64,000 nucleotides of DNA from an uncultured Puniceicoccaceae bacterium (GTDB taxonomy: Bacteria; Verrucomicrobiota; Verrucomicrobiia; Opitutales; Oceanipulchritudinaceae), in assembly GCA_963933835.1 (NCBI GenBank), contig CAWVVV010000001.1:224001-288000 (forward strand), read 5' to 3'. Below are positions 50,143 through 60,455 of this stretch, one piece after another; the first letter of the stretch is position 1; every line of letters begins with the position of its first letter. The position numbers and the translations under genes were made by a program. A model generated the notes under the pieces. The model saw nothing but the letters and a program-made list of their open reading frames with translations. It was not told the origin of the DNA and ran no database searches.

Positions 50143-51951
50143 TTAATAGACATCGCGCTGGTAGCGCTTGTCCTTTTTGAGAGCTTTAACGTAGGCCTCA
50201 GCCTCTTCGACCGACTTCCCGCCATGCTCGGCAACGACATCGATCAAGGTTTGATGAACGTCTTTTGCCATCCGCGAGGCGTCTCCACAGACGTAGAAGT
50301 ACGCACCCTGCTCAAGCCAATCATAGAGCTCTTTGCCATGCTCAGCCATGCGATGCTGCACGTAGACCTTCTCAGCACGATCGCGCGAGAAGGCGACATC
50401 CAGCTTCGTCAGGCTTCCTGACTTCAAATATTTCTGCCACTCGGTCTGATAAAGGAAGTCATCCTGGAAGGTCCATTCGCCAAAGAAGAGCCAGCTCTTC
50501 CCTTTCGCACCTGTCTCAGCGCGCTCTTCAACAAAAGCTCGAAACGGAGCGATACCGGTGCCCGGCCCCACCATGATGACGGGAGTCTCGGGATTCTGAG
50601 GCAGTTTAAAGTTTTTGTTCCGGTGGAGAAAGATCGGAATCGCCTCACCTAGCTCAATGCGGTCGGCGAAGTATGTGGAGCAAACTCCGAGACGATCTTT
50701 ACCATGACTGTTATAGCGAACCGATACGATCGTCAGGTGCACCTCACCCGGGTGTGCCGCGATACTCGATGCAATCGAATACAGGCGAGGTGGCTGTTTG
50801 CGAAGCATTTTCAACAACTGATCCAGCGTGAGTGGGGCGGTTGGTGGATACTCAAGGAAGAGATCGCGCAGCTCACGCCCCCACAGCCAATCTTTCGTCT
50901 TCGCTGCGTTAGCATCATCCAAGGCTCCGTCGAGGGCCGTATTCTTCGCCAGCGGAGCATACTTCTTCATCAATGCCTTCGAGAGCGAAGTAATGTCATA
51001 CTCAGCCAAGACCTCTTTTAACGTGAGCTTACTGCCGTCGGCTTCATAAATCTCATCGCCCCGGTATCCCGCCATGCGGATGAAATCGTCAACGACCTCA
51101 GAAGAATTTGTCGCAAAGACGCCTACGACATCACCCGGCTCATAAGACAGTCCGGAATCACCCAAATCGATTTCGATGTGAAGTGTCTCCTTTTTAGAAT
51201 CTGCCCCATTGAGAACGAAGCTTTCCTTCAGGATCGCCTTATACGGGTTCGACTTTGAATAGGACGTGACCGCAGCAGAAACTCCAGCGGGGACCGCCGC
51301 GGTCGTCGCATTTTTGACTCCACTCGCCTCAACCATCGCAGCGATGGCTCCACTCTGCCATTGTGCAAAGGGCTCCTCATAAGCGACATCGCTGTCAACA
51401 CGGTCAAAGATCCGCTTCGCTCCGAGCTCACCGAAGCGCTTATCGATGTCCATACCACATTTGCAAAAATCTGCATAGCTCGTATCGCCTAGAGCGAAGA
51501 CAGCAAAGCGTGTGTTCTCCATTTTTGGCGCCGAGCTACCCATCACCGTTTCATAGAAGTCAGTCGCACCTTCGGGTGGGTCGCCTTCACCCCACGTTGA
51601 GACAACGACGAGGATGTTTTCTTCTTTCTCGAGCTGAGCGACTCCGTAGTCGCCCATGTCGACAAGCTTCGTTTTGAAGCCCTCCGCCTTCGCAGCTGCC
51701 TCTAGTTTTTGGGCGCACCCCTCGGAGTTTCCACTTTCCGAGCCGTAGAGGATCGTGAGTGGAACCTTCGGCGCAGCAGAAGCTGACTGACCGACTGCTG
51801 CTCCACCACTGACTTGGCTAAGGGCACCAAAGTAGCCAATGAGCCATGTCGATTGCGGAGGTGTCAGCGTTGGCAAGAGAGCGGACAAAGCCACCTTTTG
51901 CTCAGGCGTAAAAGGTGCGTTGGCTGGAAGCTCGGTAGGATTATTCGGCAT
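50143..51951 (-). CDS. cysJ: Sulfite reductase flavoprotein alpha subunit (CysJ-like diflavin reductase)
   Basis: YGSESGNS, STWGEGDPP, RLYSIASS, GPGTGIAPFR and YVCGDASRMAKDV motifs; ends RYQRDVY. Confidence 0.92.
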   Translation of the reverse strand: MPNNPTELPANAPFTPEQKVALSALLPTLTPPQSTWLIGYFGALSQVSGGAAVGQSASAAPKVPLTILYGSESGNSEGCAQKLEAAAKAEGFKTKLVDMGDYGVAQLEKEENILVVVSTWGEGDPPEGATDFYETVMGSSAPKMENTRFAVFALGDTSYADFCKCGMDIDKRFGELGAKRIFDRVDSDVAYEEPFAQWQSGAIAAMVEASGVKNATTAAVPAGVSAAVTSYSKSNPYKAILKESFVLNGADSKKETLHIEIDLGDSGLSYEPGDVVGVFATNSSEVVDDFIRMAGYRGDEIYEADGSKLTLKEVLAEYDITSLSKALMKKYAPLAKNTALDGALDDANAAKTKDWLWGRELRDLFLEYPPTAPLTLDQLLKMLRKQPPRLYSIASSIAAHPGEVHLTIVSVRYNSHGKDRLGVCSTYFADRIELGEAIPIFLHRNKNFKLPQNPETPVIMVGPGTGIAPFRAFVEERAETGAKGKSWLFFGEWTFQDDFLYQTEWQKYLKSGSLTKLDVAFSRDRAEKVYVQHRMAEHGKELYDWLEQGAYFYVCGDASRMAKDVHQTLIDVVAEHGGKSVEEAEAYVKALKKDKRYQRDVY

Positions 51952-52164
51952 TTCTAAAATTCAGAGATTAGGCGGGAATGGCCTGAAGTTTCTTATCAAA
52001 AGTGAATCAGTCGACAGCTTTGGGCTGGAGGGAGACCTCGCAGCTCCCGCGATAGACTAAAGTCGACCAGTTTCAGACACGTAGAAAAGGTCGTGCAAGT
52101 GGTATTTTGACCGAAGCAAAAACTCCGACCGCAGGACGCATCGAGCGCTTCGCTCAGTGCTTCT

Positions 52165-52500
52165 CTAGAAGAAGCGAATCGTCTGAGAGCGCATCCGCTC
52201 GTGTTCCTCGTCCGTGCATGAAGCATTGGTAGGAACATCGGTCGAGGACTCGTTCGGGCTCACCAGCTTATTGGCCAAAAGGTAGTTCTCGACCTCTTCA
52301 CCGCTCACATCCGCGAGCATGATGCCATCCACGACGACACAGGGAGAGAGTGGCTGACCCGATTTTTCCACCATTTCAGCGTAAATCTCAGGATTGTTGA
52401 TGATATCCTTGTCAGAGTATTCCAAGCCGTACTTCGACATGATTGCGCGAACGCCCATACTCCACCCGCAGGTCGGTTTCAAATATGCTACGATTTCCAT
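52165..52500 (-). CDS. Glutaredoxin-like protein (CGWS)
   Basis: YLKPTCGWS and SGQPLSPCVVVDG thioredoxin-fold motifs. Confidence 0.85.
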   Translation of the reverse strand: MEIVAYLKPTCGWSMGVRAIMSKYGLEYSDKDIINNPEIYAEMVEKSGQPLSPCVVVDGIMLADVSGEEVENYLLANKLVSPNESSTDVPTNASCTDEEHERMRSQTIRFF

Positions 52501-52559
52501 AAATTTCCTTAAGCAACTAAATGGACTCAATTTCGAGACAAACTCAAGAACCCTTACGC

Positions 52560-53417
52560 CTAAATGGCTGATTTACTTTGTGCCGACCGAAATACCCACG
52601 CCCAAAGGCCGCCACCGGCCACGAGAGTGAGGACCGAGTAGAAAATACCCCGTGAAACGCCCAGAATAAGATCTGCATCGGGCTCGCGAAACTGCTCACC
52701 CATAATTCGCACCATGGCGTAGAAGATAAGAAATTCAGCGATAAGCTGCCCTCCCCGCTTCATTTGCCCACTCTGAATCCAGAACCGCCACAGAACGAAA
52801 CTCCCGAGAAGGAGGCCCTCTAATCCCGCCGCATAGAGCTGCGAAGGGTGGCGGGGATTGACCATGACCCCGAGTGCCGGCTCGAAATAGCGCACCGCCG
52901 AGTAGTCCACCGGGGCATCGGGAAACACCCAAGCCCAAGCGACCGTCGAGGGCTTCCCCCAGAGTTCGCCGTTTATGAAATTAGCAATGCGGCCGAAGAA
53001 AATCCCAATCGGGGCCGTCATTGCGACCAAGTCCCCAAGTCTCAGCGCGGATAAGCCATGGCGATAGGCGAAGATAAAAATCGCGATCGTCACCCCCATA
53101 AAACCACCATGGCTCGCCATCCCGCCATTCCAGACTTGGAAAACAATCCAGGGTTCCTTGAGGAAATCGCCAAACGAGTAGAGCAAGACCGAACCGATGC
53201 GGCCGCCGAGCACAACTCCGAGCGCTATGTAGACCCAGAAAGACTCTACCTGCTGCACCTTGAGTTCGGTGCGGTCGGTCTTGGCCGCCCGATACAACAG
53301 CATTATCGCCGCAACAAATCCCAAGACGTAAGCCAAACCATAGTAGCGGATGCCGATGCTCTCCGTGAATTGGATCAAGAACGGCGAGAAGTCATGAATC
53401 GGAAAATCTCCGGGCAT
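52560..53417 (-). CDS. lgt: Prolipoprotein diacylglyceryl transferase
   Basis: IRYYGLAY, GGMASHGG, GRIANFINGELWG and RHPSQLY motifs. Confidence 0.96.
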   Translation of the reverse strand: MPGDFPIHDFSPFLIQFTESIGIRYYGLAYVLGFVAAIMLLYRAAKTDRTELKVQQVESFWVYIALGVVLGGRIGSVLLYSFGDFLKEPWIVFQVWNGGMASHGGFMGVTIAIFIFAYRHGLSALRLGDLVAMTAPIGIFFGRIANFINGELWGKPSTVAWAWVFPDAPVDYSAVRYFEPALGVMVNPRHPSQLYAAGLEGLLLGSFVLWRFWIQSGQMKRGGQLIAEFLIFYAMVRIMGEQFREPDADLILGVSRGIFYSVLTLVAGGGLWAWVFRSAQSKSAI

Positions 53418-53502
53418 CGGTTCTACAGACGTCATTGCATGCAAAACGTGCCCTTCCACAGCTCAGAGGACAAGCCTCCACTCGGCGCTTTTTAGGTCCG
53501 AA

Positions 53503-54558
53503 TCAAGAGTCCTTCAACTCGCTGTTATCTGAATCGTTCGCGTGGCTGCGCTCAGCACGCTTTTTGGCCAGCTCCCGCATATCGACGGCGACATCCGAAT
53601 CCTCATAGATCTCATCACCAACGAGGAGTTCCACGATGTCCTCCATCGTCAAAACGCCCACCGTCGAGCCATATTCGTCGACGATGATCGCGAACTGTTG
53701 GTGTTTTTTCAAAAACTGCTGGAGGGCGTCGTGTACCGATGCGGTTTCAGGCAGGTAGAGAATTTCGTTCATCAACTCACGCATCGTGAGCGCTTCCTTG
53801 TCTTCGCTGTAGGCCTGCAAAATGTCACGACGCCGGACAAGTCCGATGATGTCGTCGACGCCTTCTCCGTAAACTGGGATACGCCCAAATGAGATATTCT
53901 TCGACTTCGAGCACACTTCATCGACGCTCGAATCAGCCGAGAGAAACATCGTGACGGTGCGAGGAGTCATGATCTGTCCGACCCTTGAATCATCGAGGCT
54001 GAGGACATTTTTGATCAGCTCACTCTCGTTATTGGAGAGCGCCCCTGAGGCCGCACTTTTCTCCGCTAGAAGCTTAATCTCCTCTTCCTGCTCTTCCTCC
54101 GTCGGCGCCTCGAGCTTAACCAAGATCGTAACGAGATTTTTGAGGAAAAACGACGCAGGCATCATCGAAATGCGAACAAAGCCCAATCCGTATACGGCCA
54201 AAGGCTGAAACTTCCGTCTGTAAGCAAAGCCGATGTTTTTCGGCAAGACCTCGGAGAATATTAAAATTGAAAAAACGAGGAACCCGGAAACGACTGCCAC
54301 CTTCATTGCCAGCCCCTCTGCGAGAGATCCAATCCATGCAGCGCCCGCCGTATTCGCGACCGTATTGAGCGTTAGGATCGCGGAGGTCGTCTCTTCGATC
54401 TGGTATTTGTAGCGCTCAAGGAGGGCTCCACGCCACGGGTGACTCTGTTTCAGTGCCTCGATTTCGGCCGAGGTGGTACTGAGAATGAGTGCCTCCAGAA
54501 GAGAACAAAAGGCCGAAATCCCGAGCGTAAATGCAATCGCTATGACAAACTCAGTCAT
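53503..54558 (-). CDS. CNNM (DUF21)-CBS domain protein (CorB/TlyC family)
   Basis: SAFCSLLEA, ILTLNTVAN, FSEVLPK, IMTPR and VDEYG motifs. Confidence 0.9.
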   Translation of the reverse strand: MTEFVIAIAFTLGISAFCSLLEALILSTTSAEIEALKQSHPWRGALLERYKYQIEETTSAILTLNTVANTAGAAWIGSLAEGLAMKVAVVSGFLVFSILIFSEVLPKNIGFAYRRKFQPLAVYGLGFVRISMMPASFFLKNLVTILVKLEAPTEEEQEEEIKLLAEKSAASGALSNNESELIKNVLSLDDSRVGQIMTPRTVTMFLSADSSVDEVCSKSKNISFGRIPVYGEGVDDIIGLVRRRDILQAYSEDKEALTMRELMNEILYLPETASVHDALQQFLKKHQQFAIIVDEYGSTVGVLTMEDIVELLVGDEIYEDSDVAVDMRELAKKRAERSHANDSDNSELKDS

Positions 54559-54757
54559 GAGCTCAGCGTGCTCCTCGTGGAGATGGCCGGTCGGCAATCG
54601 TCAGTCAAAAAACAACTTCGACTGTCTCCATCCTCAGTTTCGTCGGATAATATGGGATCCACTATGCCGATAACTCTCTACATGACATCACTCACGATCA
54701 AGCTTGTATTCAAGCCGCGCCTTGACCTCTCGCGCTAAAAAACCCAAGCAAACTAGT

Positions 54758-55234
54758 ATGTTTTGTCGACTTGCTCTCACTTCTCTTGCCCTAGGTTTAC
54801 TTTGCGGGTGCCGAAATACGGTGCAAACAGTGGATATTTCTTCAAGTCCTCCCGGCGCCGCCATTCAGGTAAATGGTAAACCTATCGGCCAGACACCTCT
54901 CCAAATAGACCTCAAAACGAAGCGTTCATATACGGTGGTCGTCGAGAAGGAAGGCTACAGACCAAGCGACACCCTGCTTGCTGCGCGCGAACTACCTGAC
55001 GCCCCCTATCTCCAATTTGGACTCAAAGCGGATGCTGGCCACTATCGGCGCCTCGCGCCAGCCCCGATGCATATCGAACTCATTTCCGAAATCGTCCCTG
55101 AGAGTGTCGGTTCAGATCGATTTGATGAACTCGGAACGCACATCGAACAACTCGATACGCTCCTCGCGACCGCCAAGATCACCGCAGCTGAACACGCTCG
55201 AATCATGGAGCAAATCCTCGCCGTTTTCGAATAG
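54758..55234 (+). CDS. PEGA-domain lipoprotein
   Basis: LLCGC lipobox; ISSSPPGAAIQVNGKPIGQTP...KEGY. Confidence 0.82.
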   Translation: MFCRLALTSLALGLLCGCRNTVQTVDISSSPPGAAIQVNGKPIGQTPLQIDLKTKRSYTVVVEKEGYRPSDTLLAARELPDAPYLQFGLKADAGHYRRLAPAPMHIELISEIVPESVGSDRFDELGTHIEQLDTLLATAKITAAEHARIMEQILAVFE

Positions 55235-55294
55235 CCCGCCGCGGTGTAGTTGAATTTCCATTGCAAGCATCCACGACTTTGGGAGCGTAGGGCT

Positions 55295-56377
55295 ATGTCT
55301 GACCTTCGAAGCACGCCATTGAGCGCCCTCCACCTCGCGAATGGTGCTCGCATGGTCCCTTTCGCTGGCTGGGAAATGCCGGTGCAGTACTCAAGCATCC
55401 TCGAAGAGCATCGCGCGGTTCGAGAAGGCGTCGGACTTTTTGATGTCAGCCATATGGGTGAAGTCCACGTCACGGGAGTCGAGTCCGAGGCTTTTCTAAA
55501 CTACCTCCTGACTAACGATATCTCTCGGCTCAAACCTGGTTTTGCACTCTATACCGTGATGTGCCATCCCTCGGGCGGCGTCGTCGATGACCTTCTCGTC
55601 TACCGGTTCGGCGCCGAAGACTTTCTCCTCGTCGTCAATGCCGGCAATGCCGACAAGGACTGGGCGTGGATTCAGAAACACGCGGCCAACTTCGAATGCG
55701 AAGTTGAAAACCAGAGCGATCGTTACGCGCTTCTCGCGCTCCAAGGCCCCAAAGCCGCTGAGGTCCTCGAAAAGCTCACTCCGCTCGCTAATGACCTTCC
55801 CCGGCTCACTATTTCAGAAGCCGAAATCGCAGGCATCACCACCTTAGTAGCACGCAGCGGATACACCGGCGAAGATGGATTTGAAATCTTCATACCGATT
55901 GAAAACACTGAAGCGGTTGCTACCGAGATCCTTTCAGCCGGAGAAACCTTCGGACTCAAGCTCATCGGGCTCGGGGCTCGCGACAGCCTCCGGCTAGAAG
56001 CAGGCTACCCGCTATACGGACATGAGCTTTCCGACGACATTTCACCTCTTACGGCAGGCCTCAAGTGGGTCGTTAAACTCAACAAGCCGGACGACTTCAT
56101 CGGTAAAGACGCTTTGGCGGAAGAGCTCGAGGCTGGAAGCACAGAACGTATCGTCTGGTTCACGACCGAAGGCCGACGTATCCCCAGAATGGATACACCT
56201 GTCCTAAGCAACGGGATTGAAGTTGGGCGCATTCTAAGCGGCACCCTCTCTCCAATAATCAATGCTCCAATCGGCTCCGCTTTAATCTCAGTCGAAGCCA
56301 ACCCCACCTCACTTGAAGTCGATCTACGCGGTACTCGCATTGCATTGCTAACCAAGCGCCCTCCCCTCCATAAGTAA
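55295..56377 (+). CDS. gcvT: Glycine cleavage system aminomethyltransferase
   Basis: FAGWEMPVQY, GLFDVSHMGE, RSGYTGEDGFE and GARDSLRLEAG motifs. Confidence 0.96.
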   Translation: MSDLRSTPLSALHLANGARMVPFAGWEMPVQYSSILEEHRAVREGVGLFDVSHMGEVHVTGVESEAFLNYLLTNDISRLKPGFALYTVMCHPSGGVVDDLLVYRFGAEDFLLVVNAGNADKDWAWIQKHAANFECEVENQSDRYALLALQGPKAAEVLEKLTPLANDLPRLTISEAEIAGITTLVARSGYTGEDGFEIFIPIENTEAVATEILSAGETFGLKLIGLGARDSLRLEAGYPLYGHELSDDISPLTAGLKWVVKLNKPDDFIGKDALAEELEAGSTERIVWFTTEGRRIPRMDTPVLSNGIEVGRILSGTLSPIINAPIGSALISVEANPTSLEVDLRGTRIALLTKRPPLHK

Positions 56378-56381
56378 TCCC

Positions 56382-57116
56382 ATGGCAAGACCCATCAAAG
56401 AATTCCTCTACGGCCTCAACCCGATTTTCGAAGCACTTCGTGATGGCCGACGCACTTTCCACTGCGCCTACATGAGCGATACCAGTGCACAGAACGGGCG
56501 ACAGCAAAAGCTCAAGGAGCGTTTCGAACGCGACGGCATTCCCATCGAGTGGTGCGACAAAGGCCGTCTCCATCAAATCTGTGGGGCGAAGGAACACCAA
56601 GGTGTCGTTGTCAGCGCAGACCTGTATCCATATTCCTCACACGAAGAAATTTTTGAATCAGGGGCGAAACGCATCATGCTGCTCGATAACGTCGAAGACC
56701 CGCACAACGTTGGTGCCATTCTGCGCAGCGCCGAAGTCTTTGGTTTCGACCATGCGCTCCTCCCGATTAAAGGGGTCCCTGAGGTCTATCCCAGTGTCGC
56801 CAAGGTGAGTTCAGGAGCGACTGAACACATGCTTATTGCAAAAGACTGCAATTCCAACCGCTACGTTCAGCAGGCCCGCGAAAACGGATACACCGTCGCC
56901 GCCCTCGATGCGAAAGGCAAAGTCGCGCTCAATACTTTTGCTGAGTCTCCCCCGGAGAAGCTTCTCCTCGTCATTGGCGGAGAAGACAAAAGTGTCGGTC
57001 AATACATCCTCAACGATGCCGACGCCATCCTGAGTGTCCCTCAGAGTGGAAAGGTCAACAGCCTCAACGCCTCCGTTGCTGCAGGGCTGGCGATGTATGA
57101 GCTGCGCCTTCGCTAG
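56382..57116 (+). CDS. rlmB: SpoU/TrmH family rRNA methyltransferase (RlmB-like)
   Basis: HQGVV, DPHNVGAILRSA and SLNASVAAG motifs. Confidence 0.85.
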   Translation: MARPIKEFLYGLNPIFEALRDGRRTFHCAYMSDTSAQNGRQQKLKERFERDGIPIEWCDKGRLHQICGAKEHQGVVVSADLYPYSSHEEIFESGAKRIMLLDNVEDPHNVGAILRSAEVFGFDHALLPIKGVPEVYPSVAKVSSGATEHMLIAKDCNSNRYVQQARENGYTVAALDAKGKVALNTFAESPPEKLLLVIGGEDKSVGQYILNDADAILSVPQSGKVNSLNASVAAGLAMYELRLR

Positions 57117-57139
57117 GCATCCCAGAATCCGGGAACCAG

Positions 57140-57825
57140 CTATATATTATCGTTATCGATCGTTTCGGCTTCTTCGTCTGCATCTGGCTCAGCTGAAGCT
57201 GCCGCTTCGGCCGCTTCTTTCTCGCGATCCGCTGGAGAAACATAGGTCACTCCAAGGCGGCGCTCGATTTCAAGGATGACGTCTTCAGCAGGCGCAAACT
57301 TGTAGTCATCGAGGATCATCTTGCCCGCTTTGCCGTTCTCTTCGTAGATCGCGACAGCGATACCCTTCTTCTCCCATTTCGTGCGGTCGACGCTCTTGAA
57401 ATCCGCCCAAGCCACTTTCTTACCACGGGCGCTGTAGACAAATTCGTCGTTGCTGCGGATTTTTAAAGTCTGGTTCCAAAGGACCCATGCGATGAATGCG
57501 AACCCGATGAGAGCAGTCCCCACTCCCCATTTAAACTGGCCAGCGATGTCTCCGTCTGTGCGTTCCGAAGGCACTTTCTCAGGAAATCCGTTCTCTTTCG
57601 CGATCTTCTTCCAAGCAAGTGTGATCTCAGGGGCATCCTCATCAAGCACCGCACCACTGGCGATCATCGCGTCGGATATCACTTATATTCCGTATAACGC
57701 TCAGCTTCAGCAGGCCATGCAACGAGGCCATCGTAGAAGAACCATGCGGCTACACCGACGATCATAAATCCGACGAACAGCATGCGGTTGCGCCAGGTAG
57801 AAGTAAGTTTTGTTTCGACGTTCAT
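57140..57825 (-). pseudogene. Hypothetical membrane protein split by a probable 1-bp deletion
   Basis: MNVETK...WFFYDGLVAWPAEAERYTEYK* overlaps the GTG-started ORF VISDAM...KKGIA...LDDYKF at TATAAGTGATA (about 57682). Confidence 0.6.
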
Positions 57826-57908
57826 AGAAGTAATCTGGAGATTGGCTGCAATGAGGGAGGCTTTAGGGTTGCTTGCCAAGCCCGAAGCCAGCCTTCCTTT
57901 CTCTAGAT

Positions 57909-58733
57909 ATGCGTTTCAAAAAGTATCACGCCTTGGGGAATGACTACTTTGTCCTTCCACCCAGCGAAGCAGATCTTCCTTCGGAAGACGGCATTCGACA
58001 AGTCTGCCACCGCAATTTCGGTCTCGGCTCCGATGGCATCCTCTTCGGCCCACTGCCCACTAAAAATGCTGACTTCGGCCTCCGCATTCTCAACCCCGAC
58101 GGCTCTGAAGCCGAAAAAAGCGGCAATGGCCTGCGCATCTTTTGCCGCTATCTGCTCGACGAAGGTAAAGTCAGCAACGCTCCCTTCACGATTGAAACCC
58201 CGGGCGGTGTTGTTACCTGCCGCATTCTCGACGGCGCCAATTCAATTGAGGTCGAAATGGGCCAAGTCAGTTTTGTCTCAACCGCAGTTGGCCTCGCCGG
58301 TGACGAGCGCGAGGTGATCAACGAGACGATCGAGCTCGTAGGGAAACCTTACACTTTCTGCGCTGCCACGATCGGGAACCCGCACGCCGTTCTTCCGCTC
58401 GACGAAATCAGTGAAGCCCAAGCTCTCCAGCTCGGGCCGCTCATCGAAACCGATCCACGCTTTCTAAACCGCACCAACGTCCAGTTCCTCAAAGTCCTCG
58501 ACCGAGCCAATATCCAGATTGAAATCTGGGAACGCGGCGCCGGCTACACCCTCGCGAGCGGCAGCAGTTCTAGCGCTGCCGGAGCGGTCGCCAAAAAACT
58601 CGGGCTCGTCGACAACGACATTACTGTCCACATGCCTGGCGGCAATATCCAGCTTCAGATCGACGACGCCTACAACGTCCGCATGACAGGACCCGCTACG
58701 CGTATCGGAGAGCTCGACTGGCAACCGGAGTGA
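57909..58733 (+). CDS. dapF: Diaminopimelate epimerase homologue with Ser at both catalytic positions
   Basis: KYHALGNDY, GLGSDG, NPDGSEAEKSGNG, IGNPHAV, RTNVQF and WERGAGYTLASGS motifs. Confidence 0.88.
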   Translation: MRFKKYHALGNDYFVLPPSEADLPSEDGIRQVCHRNFGLGSDGILFGPLPTKNADFGLRILNPDGSEAEKSGNGLRIFCRYLLDEGKVSNAPFTIETPGGVVTCRILDGANSIEVEMGQVSFVSTAVGLAGDEREVINETIELVGKPYTFCAATIGNPHAVLPLDEISEAQALQLGPLIETDPRFLNRTNVQFLKVLDRANIQIEIWERGAGYTLASGSSSSAAGAVAKKLGLVDNDITVHMPGGNIQLQIDDAYNVRMTGPATRIGELDWQPE

Positions 58734-58738
58734 GTGGT

Positions 58739-60172
58739 CTAGGCTCCAGCTAAAGCACCCGTTTCAATACCGAAGACTTCGCGCGCATCGCTGATTTCGC
58801 CGGTGACGGCGGCTGCAGCAACCATGAGCGGACTCATCAGAGTCGTTCGACCCGTGACACTGCCCTGACGCCCCTTGAAGTTACGGTTACTTGAACTCGC
58901 ACTGAGTTGATCGCCGATGAGCTTGTCTGGATTCATTGCGAGACACATCGAGCAACCCGCCGCACGCCATTCGAAGCCTGCGTCGATATAGATCTGATCA
59001 AGTCCAAGTTCCTTCGCGATCGCATCCACAACTTGTGAACCGGGAACGCAAATCGCCTTCACGCCGGCAGCGACCTGGCGGCCCTTGAGGTATTTGGCGA
59101 CCTCCTTGAGGTCAGAGAGGCGTCCGTTTGTGCAGGAGCCGAGGAACGCGACATCGATCTTAGTACCTTTGATCGCCTGGCCTCCTTCAAACTTCATGTG
59201 CTCAAGCGCTTCTGCGATACCATCGCGTTCGCTTTCCGTCGCGCCTTCTTCAATCGCTGGGATATTCTCGTGGATGAAGACGGCCTGGCCGGGATTGATT
59301 CCCCAAGTCACGGTCGGCGCGATGTCTTCAGCGCGGATGTTCACGACATCATCGTATTCACAATCTGCATCGCTGGCGAAGCCCTTCCAGCGCTCAACCT
59401 CTGCATCCCAGTCTGCGCCTTTTGGTGCGTAGGGACGACCCTTGAGGTAGTCGTAGGTCGTTTCATCGGGGTTCACATAACCAACGCGGGCACCGCCCTC
59501 GATCGACATGTTACACACCGTCATGCGCTCTTCCATCGTGAAGCTGTCCAAGACTTCGCCGCCATACTCGTAGGCAAAGCCCGTGCCACCGTTCACGCCG
59601 AGGAGGCGGATGATGTGGAGAATGACATCTTTCGCGTAAACCCCCGGAGCCAGCTCACCATCGACATTGATGCGGCGCACCTTGAGCTCGCCGATGGCCA
59701 TTGTCTGGCTAGCGAGGACGTCGCGCACTTGGCTCGTGCCGACACCAAAAGCGATCGCACCGAAAGCACCGTGCGTGCTCGTGTGGCTATCACCACAGGC
59801 AATCGTCGTGCCCGGCTGGGTGATGCCCTGCTCAGGTCCGACGATGTGAACGATGCCTTGTTTGCCGGTGCTAACATCAAAGAAAGTTACGCCATACTCG
59901 GCGCAATTATTGCGCAGCTCCTCGATCATCGCTTGCGCGAGCGGATCGCTATAGGGCTCAGCGACTTCATTCGTCGGGACAATGTGGTCAACCGTCGCGA
60001 AGGTGCGGTGAGGAAATTCCACCGGGAGACCGCGCTCACGGAGCATGCCAAAGGCCTGCGGGCTCGTCACCTCGTGAATGAGGTGAGTTCCGATCAACAA
60101 CTGGGTCTGCCCATTGGGCATTACACGCACACTGTGGGAGTCCCACACTTTCTGAAATAGACTCTTTGCCAT
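58739..60172 (-). CDS. leuC: 3-isopropylmalate dehydratase large subunit
   Basis: [38 protein letters not shown] and NRNFKGRQG motifs. Confidence 0.97.
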   Translation of the reverse strand: MAKSLFQKVWDSHSVRVMPNGQTQLLIGTHLIHEVTSPQAFGMLRERGLPVEFPHRTFATVDHIVPTNEVAEPYSDPLAQAMIEELRNNCAEYGVTFFDVSTGKQGIVHIVGPEQGITQPGTTIACGDSHTSTHGAFGAIAFGVGTSQVRDVLASQTMAIGELKVRRINVDGELAPGVYAKDVILHIIRLLGVNGGTGFAYEYGGEVLDSFTMEERMTVCNMSIEGGARVGYVNPDETTYDYLKGRPYAPKGADWDAEVERWKGFASDADCEYDDVVNIRAEDIAPTVTWGINPGQAVFIHENIPAIEEGATESERDGIAEALEHMKFEGGQAIKGTKIDVAFLGSCTNGRLSDLKEVAKYLKGRQVAAGVKAICVPGSQVVDAIAKELGLDQIYIDAGFEWRAAGCSMCLAMNPDKLIGDQLSASSSNRNFKGRQGSVTGRTTLMSPLMVAAAAVTGEISDAREVFGIETGALAGA

Positions 60173-60343
60173 AGGGATTCCTGCCTTAATGAAATATATG
60201 TCTCAATAAGCTCGGAGAATTTTCAGGCGCAAGCGAAAAAAGCGATTATCAGGGGCTAAAGGCGCGCCTCGTCCCGACTATTCAGATTTTAAAAAGCCAA
60301 TCGATAAAATCAGAAGAGAAACCGTATATGACTGAACGTGCCT

Positions 60344-60412
60344 TGGAGGGACCGGCTCCTGTCGGTCCGCAGTAGCTCCTCGGTGGCGGACCGACAGGAG
60401 CCGGTCCCTCCA
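60344..60412. repeat. REP/REPIN-like long inverted repeat, copy 1
   Basis: TGGAGGGACCGGCTCCTGTCGGTCCGC, a 15-nt spacer, then the exact reverse complement GCGGACCGACAGGAGCCGGTCCCTCCA. Confidence 0.85.
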
Positions 60413-60455
60413 GTGCAAGCGGCGACGCATACATTTTGGGGTCTCGCAGGGCCGA

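Noticed and set aside
59198..60160. 320-aa antisense ORF in leuC
   Set aside because: Shadow ORF opposite a highly conserved gene
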